Shown: positions 38,658 to 48,650, counted from the stretch's first letter. The stretch: DNA of 64,000 bases from Limnohabitans sp. (GCF_044361985.1 NZ_JBIKHV010000008.1:737-64736), one strand, 5' to 3'. Notes: generated from the sequence alone by a model not told the origin. A program made the numbers and translations.

Positions 38658-39026
38658 AAGTCTGAATCAGTCCACCTTTTAGTCCACTTTTTTGGAACTA
38701 AAAAAATCTCCGCGTGGTACAGCCGGGGGTTGACGCCGATCCAACGTGATGCGGTAAGTCGTATTGAGGCCGAATGTGATGGATTGCAACAAAAATATTT
38801 TCTTGTTTGCGAAACGATTCGACCCTGGGCACAGGACCCACCTGACCCGTTTCATTTCGTAAAGGAACGGGCTGATCTGAAGTCAAATTAAATCGGTAAA
38901 AGCTTCAGAAAATGGTGCGAGAAAAATGCTGACAGTCTTTAGCTGGATTAACGCTACAAGCCAGCAGCTAGCCAATCATAGAACCAAGCTGGTCTCTGGA
39001 TGACATCAATGGAATGTGCGACCAAA

Positions 39027-39470
39027 TCAAGAAGGTGTAATTACGATGAGCACGTTGCAAGGCGATTCCTCGACCAGGGATTTCGCTGTGGAGCCACTCC
39101 ACCACCTGCGTAGCAGGCTCTTCTCATGCTTGTGGCCAACGACGATCAGATCAGCTTGTTGCTCTTGTGCGTAGCGGGTGATCTCGCGGATGGTTTCACC
39201 TTTCAGCAGTACGCCATCTGCATGAAACCCCAAGTCTGAGAGGACCTGGACACCGGTATCCAACAGCTGGTGAGTCTCGTCTTCGTGCGTGGCTGAAAAG
39301 GGTTGACTCATATAGCCCATTTCCACCGCCCCCGTCGCCATTTCTAACGTGGGCACGACAGTTAACAATGTCAGCTTTGCTTGCCGCCATTGGCTGAGGT
39401 CTTGAAAACTAAGCAGGGCTTTCTGCCCCGTGGGGGAGCCATCGTAGGCGAGAAGGATGCGTTGGTACAT
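39027..39470 (-). CDS. universal stress protein (UspA family)
   Basis: YQRILLAYDGS, ADLIVVG, GSTAKSLVEESPCNVLIV. Confidence 0.92.
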   Translation of the reverse strand: MYQRILLAYDGSPTGQKALLSFQDLSQWRQAKLTLLTVVPTLEMATGAVEMGYMSQPFSATHEDETHQLLDTGVQVLSDLGFHADGVLLKGETIREITRYAQEQQADLIVVGHKHEKSLLRRWWSGSTAKSLVEESPCNVLIVITPS

Positions 39471-39775
39471 GGGCTACTCCCTGCATCTGAAGGATTCAAA
39501 TGACAGTTGATCTTGAGCCGTGCCGCAGTGATTGAAATCAGTGTTTTCCCTTGAGGACAATTTTGGGGTATCCCGATGCTAATGTTGAGACGCAATGACA
39601 CGACCTGCGCGCTGTAGATATCTTGTGAGATAAAAAAGCTGTCGTCACGGTCAACATCGTTAGTGATACAGCGTGAGACAACAAACTTTTGCAGCATTGC
39701 TGTCTGTTGCGACGATGTGCAACGGTGTGCACTAAAAACACTTCGGGCAATGCCATGTTTTGCAGGGGCTGGAAA

Positions 39776-39801
39776 TTAACCACCTTAACCACCTAACCAC
39801 C
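39776..39801 (+). repeat. three (T)TAACCACC direct repeats
   Basis: TTAACCACC TTAACCACC TAACCACC immediately before the right IR. Confidence 0.85.
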
Positions 39802-39806
39802 TCCAG

Positions 39807-39882
39807 GGGGATAGGGGGTGTACATCCCTGGAGGCATTTGACGTTAGACCGCAGTGGATCCTTCGTTTTATTGCTACCCCAT
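39807..39882 (+). repeat. 76-bp inverted repeat, right copy (cos-like)
   Basis: GGGGATAGGGGGTGTACATCCCTGGAGGCATTTG..AGACCG..CCTTCGTTTTATTGCTACCCCAT; inverse of 32985-33060. Confidence 0.9.
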
Positions 39883-40069
39883 AACTGGCCACAGATGAGA
39901 ATTATCTTCACCTGAGTCGGTTGGATTCATTGTTCGTGCGTTGTGAACGGGGTTTATTACCCGCCGTTTCCACCACCTGCTGGCGTGGTGTTTGATTATC
40001 CAGTGACTGGTGTGGGTGCGTGCCTGTCAAAGCGCCGCTGCGCAGTTGTCCAAGGGTGTGCATGGACGC

Positions 40070-40489
40070 TCAGCGATAAGTGGCCAGATGGATGTTGGTC
40101 TCGGTACTGCGGATACCGCTGATGAGCCGGATACGCTCCAGCACATCGGACAACTCTTTCATCGACGAAGCCTCGATTTCGGCCAACAAATCCCAGCGGC
40201 CATTGGTGTCGTGCAGCGCCACCACACTGGGCTCGCCCAACAAGCTGGCAATCACTTGGCGCGTGGTGTTGCCCTCGATCAGCACGCCCATCCAGGCCTT
40301 GATGCGCTCGGGCTCAGCCTCGGGCCGCAGCTTGATGGTGTAGCCCACGATGACCTGGCTGTCCTCGAGTTTGCGCAAGCGGTTGTTCACGGTGCCGCGC
40401 GACACCCCCAGCTTGTGCGCTAGGCCGGCAATGTTCATGCGAGCGTTTTGCCGCAAGAGGCTGATGAGGCGTTGGTCAATGTCATCCAT
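40070..40489 (-). CDS. Lrp/AsnC family regulator
   Basis: MDDIDQRLISLLRQNAR..LGVSRGTV..GRWDLL; divergent from ocd. Confidence 0.93.
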   Translation of the reverse strand: MDDIDQRLISLLRQNARMNIAGLAHKLGVSRGTVNNRLRKLEDSQVIVGYTIKLRPEAEPERIKAWMGVLIEGNTTRQVIASLLGEPSVVALHDTNGRWDLLAEIEASSMKELSDVLERIRLISGIRSTETNIHLATYR

Positions 40490-40630
40490 GCTGCATATTG
40501 TCACTCGGATCGATCATTTTGCCAAATATATGACTTTTACAGCATATTTTTGGCGATTTACATTGCCACGCTGGGCCTTGAAACTTCTCGCATCGACCCA
40601 CCAAGGGCAAAAGACCTGAGCAGCACGACC

Positions 40631-41743
40631 ATGAAACACCCCCAAAACACCCCCTCCAAGGCCTCTTTTTCGACCATGCCCCTGTACCTGAGCGCCCCCG
40701 CTGCCGTGGCCCTGGTGCGCCGCAAAGGCCTGAAAAACTGTATCTCTGGCATCGCTGAGCACATCCGTGCCGACTTTTTGCGCTGGCCGGACTTTGACAA
40801 AACGGCCCGCGTGGCCCACCACTCGCCCCACGGCGTGATCGAGTTGATGCCAATTTCAGACGGCACCACCTACAGCTTCAAATACGTCAATGGGCACCCC
40901 CAAAACACCGTCATCGGCCTGTCCACCGTGATGGCCTTTGGCGTGCTGGCCGATGTGGCCACAGGCGCCCCCACGCTGCTGAGCGAATTGACGCTGACCA
41001 CTGCCCTGCGCACCGCCACCACCTCGGCGCTGGCGGCCCAGACCTTGGCCCGGCCAGGCAGCCGCGTGATGGCGCTAATTGGCAACGGCGCGCAAAGCGA
41101 GTTCCAGGCCATCGCCTTTCAACACCTGCTGGGCATCGACACCCTGCGTTTGTTCGACATCGACCCACAAGCCACCGCCAAGCTGGTGGCCAACCTGAGT
41201 GGCAGCGGCCTGACGCTGCAGGTCTGCGCCAGCACAGCCCAAGCCGTGCAAGGCGCCGACATCGTGACCACCGTCACCGCTGATAAGGCCTGCGCCACCA
41301 TCGTCACGGCCGACATGCTGGCACCGGGCATGCACATCAACGCCGTGGGCGGCGACTGCCCGGGCAAGACAGAGCTGGACGCCGATGTGCTGCAAGCGGC
41401 CAAGGTATTTGTCGAGTTCACTCCCCAAACCCGCATCGAAGGCGACATCCAGCAAATGTCTGCCGACTTTGCCGTGACAGAGTTGTGGGAAGTGCTGCAT
41501 GGCAGCCGTACAGGCCGCGACAGCGACGCTCAAATCACCGTGTTTGACTCGGTGGGCTTCGCACTGGAGGACTTTTCAGCCCTGCGTTTCATGCACACCG
41601 AAGCGCTGGCATGGGGCTTGGGCGAGCGCCTGAACCTGATCCCGCAAATGGCCAACCCGAAAAACCTGTTTGGCACCTTGCTCGACAGTCCCCTCCAAGC
41701 CGTTCCCCTACACAGGCAGCCACGCCTTGTGGCTACGGCCTGA
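40631..41743 (+). CDS. ocd: ornithine cyclodeaminase
   Basis: GVIELMP, FKYVNGHP, TALRTA, IGNGAQSEFQ, GGDCPGKTEL, FDSVGFALEDF; start moved to ATG 40631. Confidence 0.92.
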   Translation: MKHPQNTPSKASFSTMPLYLSAPAAVALVRRKGLKNCISGIAEHIRADFLRWPDFDKTARVAHHSPHGVIELMPISDGTTYSFKYVNGHPQNTVIGLSTVMAFGVLADVATGAPTLLSELTLTTALRTATTSALAAQTLARPGSRVMALIGNGAQSEFQAIAFQHLLGIDTLRLFDIDPQATAKLVANLSGSGLTLQVCASTAQAVQGADIVTTVTADKACATIVTADMLAPGMHINAVGGDCPGKTELDADVLQAAKVFVEFTPQTRIEGDIQQMSADFAVTELWEVLHGSRTGRDSDAQITVFDSVGFALEDFSALRFMHTEALAWGLGERLNLIPQMANPKNLFGTLLDSPLQAVPLHRQPRLVATA

Positions 41744-41779
41744 AGTCTTGGCGCGAGGCCTGCATGGTTGAAGTCGCAT

Positions 41780-42682
41780 TCAGCTTGGGCTTCGCGACGC
41801 GATCGCATCAGTCAAGCACCGCGCCAGATAAGCCGCCGCAGGGGTGAGCGGCACCTCGGGTGGGGACAACAAGACCAGCTCGATGTCGGGCGGGCGCATG
41901 CTGCGCAGCGACAACTCCACCAAACCATGCCCCTCGGGCTGGGCCAGCAAGGGAGCGGGCATCACGCTCATGGCATCGGTTTGCCGAATCAAGGCCATGG
42001 CGGCCATCGCGTCGCAGCGCGTGATCTGCTGAGGTGGTGACACGCCCGCCTGCGCGAACATGGCCAGCAAGCCCTCGTCCAACCCTTGTGAAAATGGGCC
42101 TGGCATGACCCACTCCAGCGCGGCCAGCTTGGCCGCTGTGGGCTGGCGCAGCACCGGGTGGCCTGCCCGCACCACCAGTTTTTGCTGGTCTTTTTGAAGC
42201 CGGGTGCACTGGAACTCCTGGGGGGTGACATCGCCGCTGTCAGCCACGATGGCAAAGTCCACGGTGCCATCGCGCAAGCCCGGCAAAACACGGGCCACCA
42301 GGCCTTCGATCAGGCGCAACTCGATGTGCGGGTAGCGCTTGCGAAACCACAAAAACGCCTCACCCAGCACGGTGAGCATCAGGTACGGCGTGATTGCCAC
42401 CCGCACCGTGCCTGCCTCGTCGCCCTGCGCTTGCTGCAACTCGTCTTGCGCCAGCGCCAACTGGCGCATCACCAGCAGGGCCCGGGCGTGCAAGCGCAAA
42501 CCTGCCTCGGTCAGCCCAACCCCTCGCGATTTGCGCACCAGCAGGGCCACACCCGCCTCCTCTTCCAGTTGGCGCAAGGACTTGGTCAGGGCCGCCTGGG
42601 TCAGGTGCAGTTCTCGGGCGGCGGCGCGGATGCTGCCGTGCTCGACTGCGGCCACCAAAGCCTGGAGTTGGTGCAGTTTCAT
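41780..42682 (-). CDS. LysR family regulator
   Basis: MKLHQLQALVAAVEHGSIRAAARELHLTQAALTK. Confidence 0.95.
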   Translation of the reverse strand: MKLHQLQALVAAVEHGSIRAAARELHLTQAALTKSLRQLEEEAGVALLVRKSRGVGLTEAGLRLHARALLVMRQLALAQDELQQAQGDEAGTVRVAITPYLMLTVLGEAFLWFRKRYPHIELRLIEGLVARVLPGLRDGTVDFAIVADSGDVTPQEFQCTRLQKDQQKLVVRAGHPVLRQPTAAKLAALEWVMPGPFSQGLDEGLLAMFAQAGVSPPQQITRCDAMAAMALIRQTDAMSVMPAPLLAQPEGHGLVELSLRSMRPPDIELVLLSPPEVPLTPAAAYLARCLTDAIASRSPS

Positions 42683-42700
42683 GGGGTGCAGTTTAAAGCA

Positions 42701-42721
42701 ATGACAACCTCAGGTTGTCAT
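42701..42721. promoter_or_regulatory. LysR operator palindrome
   Basis: ATGACAACC-TCA-GGTTGTCAT perfect inverted repeat between divergent genes. Confidence 0.7.
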
Positions 42722-42797
42722 GAAGAAAATTGACAGTCTTTCAGTTGTCTCTTGGCGGGACTAGCATGAGGCCATATTTTTGACGATGGAGAACGCC

Positions 42798-43784
42798 ATG
42801 AAACTGATCAACACCCTGGGCCTGTTGCTGGGCGCGGCCATGGCCGTTCAGGCCCCTGTGCAAGCGCAAAGCTTTCCCAACAAGCCCCTCAACTTGATGG
42901 TGCCCTACCCGGCAGGTGGCCTGTCAGACATCATCGCGCGCAAGATCAACGTGCCCTTGGCAGCCGAGCTCAAGCAACCCGTCATCATCGAAAACCTGGG
43001 CGGCGCAGGCGGGGCCATCGCGGCGCAAAAGGTGCTCAATGCGCCCGCAGACGGCTACTACCTCTTCCAGGGCTCGCCCAACGAACTCATCCTCGCTCCC
43101 TTGGCCATGAAGGCCGTCAAGCACAAGCCCGACGACTTTCGCCTGATCCAGCGCATGGCCATGGCCCCCATGGCCATTGTGGCCAGCAAGAATTTTCCGG
43201 CCAACAATCCGCAAGAGATGGTGGCCGAGATCATCAAACGCTCCAAAGCTGGCAAACCGGTCAACTACGCCAGCGTGGGCATCGGCAGTTTCTACCATTT
43301 GCTGGGAGAGGAAATGGCCAAAAAGCTCGGCGCTGAAATGCTGCATGTGCCCTACAAAGGCGGCGGCCCCATCCTGCAAGACTTGCTCGGTGGTCAGATT
43401 GACCTGTTCATCACGCCCTATGGTGCGCCCCATGTGCACATGGCCAAAGAAGGCAAAACCAAATTCATCGCCGCCCTGTCGCCCCAGCCGCAGCGCCTGA
43501 TTCCAGAGGTGCCCTCGGTGGACCAGGCCAAAGAGCTCAAAGGCTTTCACTACACGATTGGCAGTGGCTACTACGTGAAAAAAGGCACACCCGAGCCCGT
43601 CGTCGAGGCCTTGCACCGGGCGCTGACCAAGGTCATGTTTGACGCCGATTTCCGCAACACCATGACCGCCATGGGCCAGGAAGTGGGTGAAGCTTTGCGT
43701 CTGGACCAGACCGATCAGGTCTATGCCGAGGAAGTCAAGCTCTACCAAGGCATTGCCAAGTCCATCAAGCTCGAAGCCCAATGA
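42798..43784 (+). CDS. Bug/TctC substrate-binding protein
   Basis: PYPAGGLSD, ENLGGAGG, HVPYKG; GGAG RBS before ATG 42798. Confidence 0.95.
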   Translation: MKLINTLGLLLGAAMAVQAPVQAQSFPNKPLNLMVPYPAGGLSDIIARKINVPLAAELKQPVIIENLGGAGGAIAAQKVLNAPADGYYLFQGSPNELILAPLAMKAVKHKPDDFRLIQRMAMAPMAIVASKNFPANNPQEMVAEIIKRSKAGKPVNYASVGIGSFYHLLGEEMAKKLGAEMLHVPYKGGGPILQDLLGGQIDLFITPYGAPHVHMAKEGKTKFIAALSPQPQRLIPEVPSVDQAKELKGFHYTIGSGYYVKKGTPEPVVEALHRALTKVMFDADFRNTMTAMGQEVGEALRLDQTDQVYAEEVKLYQGIAKSIKLEAQ

Positions 43785-44971
43785 GTGTGCTGCATGCCTT
43801 GCAAACGCGGGCCGCGCCCTTTGTGGCGCTGCGCCGTGATTTGCATCGCCACCCCGAGCTGGGCCTGAAAGAGTTCCGAACCTCGCAGGTGCTGGCCGAG
43901 CAGTTGGAAAGCTGGGGTTACCGCGTCACGCGGGGCCTGGCCACCACCGGGCTGGTGGCCCAGCTGCAGCGCGGCAAGGGCAGCAAGCGCCTGGGCCTGC
44001 GGGCAGACATGGACGCCTTGCCCATCCACGAAGCCAATGACTTGGCGCACTGCAGCGTGCACGCGGGCGTGATGCACGCCTGCGGCCACGACGGGCACAC
44101 CGCCATGCTGATGGCAGCGGCCCAGTACATCGCGCAAGAGGTCGAATTTTCGGGCACGCTGAACCTGATTTTTCAGCCCGCCGAAGAGAACCCCGGCGGC
44201 GCGAAGATCATGATTGAAGAGGGCCTGTTTGAGCGCTTTCCCTGCGATGCCATTTTTGCTGCGCACAACATGCCTGGCGTTCCTGCAGGGCAGCTGGTGT
44301 TCATCGATGGCCCAGCCATGGCGTCCAGCGACGACGTGACCATCACCCTGACCGGGGTGGGCGGGCATGGCGCCATGCCGCACCTCGCACAAGACCCCAT
44401 CGTGGCAGCGGCGGCCATCATCATGACGCTGCAAACCATCGTCTCACGCAATGTGGACCCGCAGCACACTGCCGTGATCACCGTGGGTTCGCTGGTGGCG
44501 GGCAAAGCCAACAACGTGATCCCCGCCAGCGCTCGGCTCGAATTGAGCGTGCGCTCGCTCGACCGCGAGGTGCGCGACCTGCTGCAAACGCGCATCACCC
44601 ACCTGGTCACAGCGCAGGCCCAAAGCCTGGGCGTGCAAGCACACATCGACTACAAGCGCGACTACCCTGTGCTGGTGAACACGCCCGCAGAGACCGAGCT
44701 GGCACGCCAGGTCGGCACTGAGCTGCTGGGGGCCGAACGCGTGACCCGTCATGGCCGACCGCTCACGGGCAGCGAAGACTTTGCTTTCATGCTGGAGCAC
44801 TGCCTGGGCAGTTATTTCATGATCGGCAACGGTGCAGGCGAAGGCATGGGTGATAGCGCGGTCGCCCACGCCTGCATGGTGCACAACCCGGGCTACGACT
44901 TCAACGACGACATCTTGCCCGTGGGCGCAGCCTTCTGGGCCTTGCTGACCCAACGCTACCTGAAAGACTGA
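43781..44971 (+). CDS. M20 family amidohydrolase (hippurate hydrolase-like)
   Basis: HRHPEL, RADMDALP, MHACGHDGH, FQPAEE, GSEDF. Confidence 0.93.
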   Translation: MSVLHALQTRAAPFVALRRDLHRHPELGLKEFRTSQVLAEQLESWGYRVTRGLATTGLVAQLQRGKGSKRLGLRADMDALPIHEANDLAHCSVHAGVMHACGHDGHTAMLMAAAQYIAQEVEFSGTLNLIFQPAEENPGGAKIMIEEGLFERFPCDAIFAAHNMPGVPAGQLVFIDGPAMASSDDVTITLTGVGGHGAMPHLAQDPIVAAAAIIMTLQTIVSRNVDPQHTAVITVGSLVAGKANNVIPASARLELSVRSLDREVRDLLQTRITHLVTAQAQSLGVQAHIDYKRDYPVLVNTPAETELARQVGTELLGAERVTRHGRPLTGSEDFAFMLEHCLGSYFMIGNGAGEGMGDSAVAHACMVHNPGYDFNDDILPVGAAFWALLTQRYLKD

Positions 44972-44976
44972 ACACC

Positions 44977-46386
44977 ATGACCACCGAACTCTGGCAACTC
45001 AGCGCCACCGAACTGGCTGGGCGCATCGCCCGCCGCGAAACCACAGCACGCGCCGCCACCGAAAGCGTGTTGGGCCGCATCGCCGTGGCCAACCCGAAGG
45101 TCAACGCCCTGGCCAGCGTCAAGCCCGACAAAGCCCTGCAAGCCGCTGACGCCGCCGATGCCGCGCAAGCCCGAGGCGATGCGCTCGGGCCGCTGCACGG
45201 CGTGCCGGTCACCATCAAGGTCAACATCGATGTGCAAGGCGAAGCCACCACCGACGCTGTGGCCGCATTCAAGGACAACATCGCCAGCAGCGACTCACCC
45301 CTGGTGCAGTCCATGCGCGAGGCAGGCGCGATCATCGTGGGACGCAACAACGCGCCCGCATTTTCCTTGCGCTGGTTCACCGACAACGCATTCCATGGCC
45401 GCACGCTCAACCCGTTTGATGTGGGCGTGACCCCCGGCGGTTCAAGCGGTGGCGCGGCGGCTGCCACCGCCTTGGGCATGGGCGCGATCGCGCACGGCAA
45501 CGACTACGGCGGCTCGATCCGCTACCCGGCCTGGGCCTGTGGCGTGGTCGGCCTGCGCACCACCGTGGGCCGCGTACCGTCGTACAAGGCCAGCGCACCC
45601 AACCGCATCATCAGCAACCAGCAGATGTCGGTGCAAGGCCCGCTCACCCGCACTGTGGTCGATGCCCGGCTGGCCCTGCAAGTGATGTCGCAAGGCACAC
45701 CACTGGACCCACAATGGGTGCCCGCGCCTCTTGAATTTGCCGATGCCAAGCAACCCACCCGCGTGGCGGTGTTTCGCAGCTGGACACATTCGGCGGTTGA
45801 CCCTACCGCCTCTGCGGCAGTGGACCAGGCGGCACGTTGGCTCGAAGTGGCAGGCTACACCGTGGAAGAAGTGGAACCCCCGCATTTCGCCGAGGTGTCG
45901 GCCATGCAGATGCACATGGTCATGAACGACATGCGCCGTGCAGGTGATGCCTTCATGCGCGAGAACGGTGACGATGCGCTGCGCAAGGCCCTGGGTCATT
46001 ACATGGCGGTCTCGCCCGTTTGGGATCGGGACCAATATCTGGAGGCCATGACCCGGCGCTTCAACATTGCCCGCGACTGGGCGGTGTTTTTCGAGCGTTA
46101 CCCGGTGCTGCTCATGCCCAACTCCTGGGAGCGGCAGTTCAAGATCGACGAGGACCAACGCTCACCCGAGCGCATCGCACAGATCTTTCTGGCTCAAGCT
46201 CCGATGCTCGGCACCGCCACGCTCGGCTTGCCTGGCCTGTCGGTGCCCACGGGCGTGGTGAGCGGTTTGCCGGTCGGTGTGCAGATCGTCAGCACCAAAT
46301 TCCGCGAAGACCGCATGCTGGCAGCGGGCGAAGTGATCGAGCGGGCCGCGAAATTCTCGGCGCTGGATTATTTGCTGGCGCACTGA
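44977..46386 (+). CDS. amidase signature family protein
   Basis: GPLHGVPVTIK, PGGSSGG, DYGGSIR. Confidence 0.93.
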   Translation: MTTELWQLSATELAGRIARRETTARAATESVLGRIAVANPKVNALASVKPDKALQAADAADAAQARGDALGPLHGVPVTIKVNIDVQGEATTDAVAAFKDNIASSDSPLVQSMREAGAIIVGRNNAPAFSLRWFTDNAFHGRTLNPFDVGVTPGGSSGGAAAATALGMGAIAHGNDYGGSIRYPAWACGVVGLRTTVGRVPSYKASAPNRIISNQQMSVQGPLTRTVVDARLALQVMSQGTPLDPQWVPAPLEFADAKQPTRVAVFRSWTHSAVDPTASAAVDQAARWLEVAGYTVEEVEPPHFAEVSAMQMHMVMNDMRRAGDAFMRENGDDALRKALGHYMAVSPVWDRDQYLEAMTRRFNIARDWAVFFERYPVLLMPNSWERQFKIDEDQRSPERIAQIFLAQAPMLGTATLGLPGLSVPTGVVSGLPVGVQIVSTKFREDRMLAAGEVIERAAKFSALDYLLAH

Positions 46387-46438
46387 CGCCTGCCAATTTG
46401 TTTCACCCTTTTCATTCACAACAACCCAGGAGACCTTC

Positions 46439-47425
46439 ATGAACATTTCCTCACTGCTTCGGTCATTGCTCGCAGGCTTGGTGCTCGGCGTGACCACCTT
46501 GCAGGCCAGTGCGCAGGCCTGGCCAGTCAAACCCATCACCATGATCGTGCCCTGGCCGGCTGGCGGCCCTTCAGATTTTGTAGCACGCAAATTGCAGCCC
46601 GAGATGGCTAAGGCGCTGGGCCAGCCGCTTGTGATTGACAACATTGGTGGTGCGGGCGGTGCCATTGGGATTCAGAAGAACGTGGGGGCTGCTGCTGACG
46701 GCTACACCTTTTCACTGGCCAGCCCGTTAGAGCTGATCGTGGCACCACTCACGCTGGCGGCTGTCAAGTACAAGCCCGAAGACCTCAAGGTCGTGGGTCA
46801 GATCGTCAAGGCTCCACTGGTGCTGTTGGCACGCAAAGACCTGCCAGCCAACACACTCGATGAACTGGTGGCCTTGACCACCCGGCCGGGCGCCAAGGAC
46901 TTGTCGGTGGGCAATGGCGGCAACGGCAGCTTGTTTCATCTGGTGGCTGAGAAATTTGGACAGCAGACCGGGGCCAAGTTTGTGCATGTGCCCTACAAAG
47001 GTGCCTCCCCCATGATGACCGACCTCATGGGTGGCCAAGTCGACCTGGCTTTCACCATCTTCGCTGGCAGCATTCCCTCGATGATTGCGGACGGGAAGGT
47101 CAAGGTTCTTGGACTGACCAACCGCACGCCCTTGCCCAAGTTCCCACAGATCGCGGCGATGGCCGCTCACCCCAAGTTGGCAGGCTTCGAATTCGACTCC
47201 TGGGCCAGCATCGTGGTGCCGCGCAGCACGCCCGATGTGATTGCCAACCGTATCAACAAGGCGGTTTATGAGGCTTTGCAGAACCCGGAAATCCGCTCGG
47301 CTTTCGAGGCCACCGGCAACCTGATCGTCAACCCGACCTCGGTGGCAGACCTGGACCGTGTCTACCGCGATGAGATCGCCCGTTACCAGGCGATTGCCCG
47401 GTCGATCAACTTCGAACCCCAATAA
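46439..47425 (+). CDS. Bug/TctC substrate-binding protein
   Basis: PWPAGGPSD, DNIGGAGG, HVPYKG. Confidence 0.95.
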   Translation: MNISSLLRSLLAGLVLGVTTLQASAQAWPVKPITMIVPWPAGGPSDFVARKLQPEMAKALGQPLVIDNIGGAGGAIGIQKNVGAAADGYTFSLASPLELIVAPLTLAAVKYKPEDLKVVGQIVKAPLVLLARKDLPANTLDELVALTTRPGAKDLSVGNGGNGSLFHLVAEKFGQQTGAKFVHVPYKGASPMMTDLMGGQVDLAFTIFAGSIPSMIADGKVKVLGLTNRTPLPKFPQIAAMAAHPKLAGFEFDSWASIVVPRSTPDVIANRINKAVYEALQNPEIRSAFEATGNLIVNPTSVADLDRVYRDEIARYQAIARSINFEPQ

Positions 47426-47654
47426 GCGATAACACCTGCGCTTGCCCATGATCCAAAGGCCCGATGCCTGAGCACTTTGGACACTGCGCAAGTGTTGCCT
47501 TGCCCACAATGTCGCAATAGATGCGGGCCCGGTAGACCGATCTTTCGGTCTCGCTGTTGGCCGCGATGTTGCTTGCAGTATCAACAAAAGACGACTCACT
47601 CATCGAACGATTAGCGTGCCGTAGCCCCTGGTTTATTTTCTGAAAATTAACGCC

Positions 47655-47999
47655 ATGATTCACCGCTTTGAAGTCGGAACTCGCATGTCAGAAATCGCCG
47701 TGTACAACGGCACCGTCTACCTGGCCGGCCAGGTGGCGCATGACTCCTCGCAAGACATCGCAGGGCAGACCCGCCAGGTGCTTGAAGGCATCGACATCTT
47801 GCTGGCACAGGCTGGTTCGCACAAAGGCCGCATCTTGATGGCACAGATCTTCATTGCAGACCTGCATGACTTTGCCGGGATGAACGCGGTGTGGGATGCC
47901 TGGGTTGTGCCCAGTCAAACACCACCGCGTGCCACCGTACAGGCGGCGCTGGCCAACACGGCCTGGAAAATTGAGGTGGTGGTGACTGCGGCGGTCTAA
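47655..47999 (+). CDS. RidA family protein (YoaB-like)
   Basis: RMSEIAV..VYLAGQV..MNAVWDAW..PPRATV..IEV. Confidence 0.92.
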   Translation: MIHRFEVGTRMSEIAVYNGTVYLAGQVAHDSSQDIAGQTRQVLEGIDILLAQAGSHKGRILMAQIFIADLHDFAGMNAVWDAWVVPSQTPPRATVQAALANTAWKIEVVVTAAV

Positions 48000-48075
48000 T
48001 CAGCGCCTCACCACCGGCGCCATCTCCAGGCACTTGTTCGAGTAGCCTTACTCGTTGTCGCACCAGGCCATCACC

Positions 48076-48355
48076 TTATTGAAGGTGCAGTCTAGGGCCA
48101 TGCCCGCTTCGGCGCCAAACACGATGGTCGCTGTTGAACACATCAGGCTTGCCGTGCTCACGCAAGGCGTCCTTCAGGCAGTCCACGCAAAACGCGGCTT
48201 CGACGCTGTTGCTGATTCGCCAGCTGAGCACCCGCCGGGAGTACAAGTCAATCACAACCACGAGGTAGGCAAAGCCCCGCGCCCTAAGCACGAAGGTGAT
48301 GTCCTTGCTCCAGACCTGATTGGCCCGCACCACGGGCACGCCGCGCAGCAAGTAG
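48076..48355 (-). pseudogene. IS3-family orfB (rve/DDE) fragment
   Basis: NQVWSKDITF..GFAYLVVVIDLYSRRVLSW..FNSD. Confidence 0.8.
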
Positions 48356-48502
48356 TGAATCGCCCTGGATTTCGTGGAGGCCAGTTGGTTTAAGTTGAGA
48401 CCTCGGTCTCGGTCTTTCCGGCTAGTTGCCGCCAGTAGTTCGCCTCAGCTTCAGCCGGTGGAATACACCAATCGGACTGTGCAGACGGTGATTGTTGAAC
48501 CA
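48356..48502 (-). mobile_element. second IS3-family remnant (orfB C-terminus + right IR)
   Basis: WFNNHRLH...PAEAEANYWRQ followed by the end TGAATCGCCCTGGATTTCGTGGAGGC. Confidence 0.7.
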
Positions 48503-48650
48503 CAAGCCCGGCGATGAAAAACGTACCCCAGTGATCATTGGACCCGAGTTGCATCAGCACTGGCTAGGCGCGACGGTAGAAGAGACTCAGGCACTCTTGA
48601 CATGGGCGCATATGCCCATGCTCACTGCTTGCGCAGCTCCGCGGAACTGA
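48501..48650 (+). pseudogene. SRAP family C-terminal fragment
   Basis: HKPGDEKRTPVIIGPELHQHWLGAT..*, cut on the left by the IS3 remnant. Confidence 0.65.

Larger units (their letters stand above)
38464..38691 (+). other. attP-like junction: arm repeats - IHF - core - IHF - arm repeats
   Basis: AGTCCACCTTT at 38464, 38476, 38669 and AGTCCACTTTT at 38681; core TGGAGGA-CACCGCT-TCCGCCA 38597-38617; WATCAANNNNTTR matches at 38552-38564 (+) and ~38629-38641 (-). Confidence 0.8.
32985..39882. mobile_element. integrative, satellite-like element encoding a family A DNA polymerase (int-alpA-orf237-polA-wHTH; attP-like site; usp)
   Basis: Gene content, visibly higher GC in polA-int than in the upstream cassettes, att core with arm sites, bounding inverted repeats. 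True ends uncertain. Confidence 0.75.

Noticed and set aside
32985-39882. Complete prophage
   Set aside because: No terminase, portal, capsid, tail or lysis genes in the window
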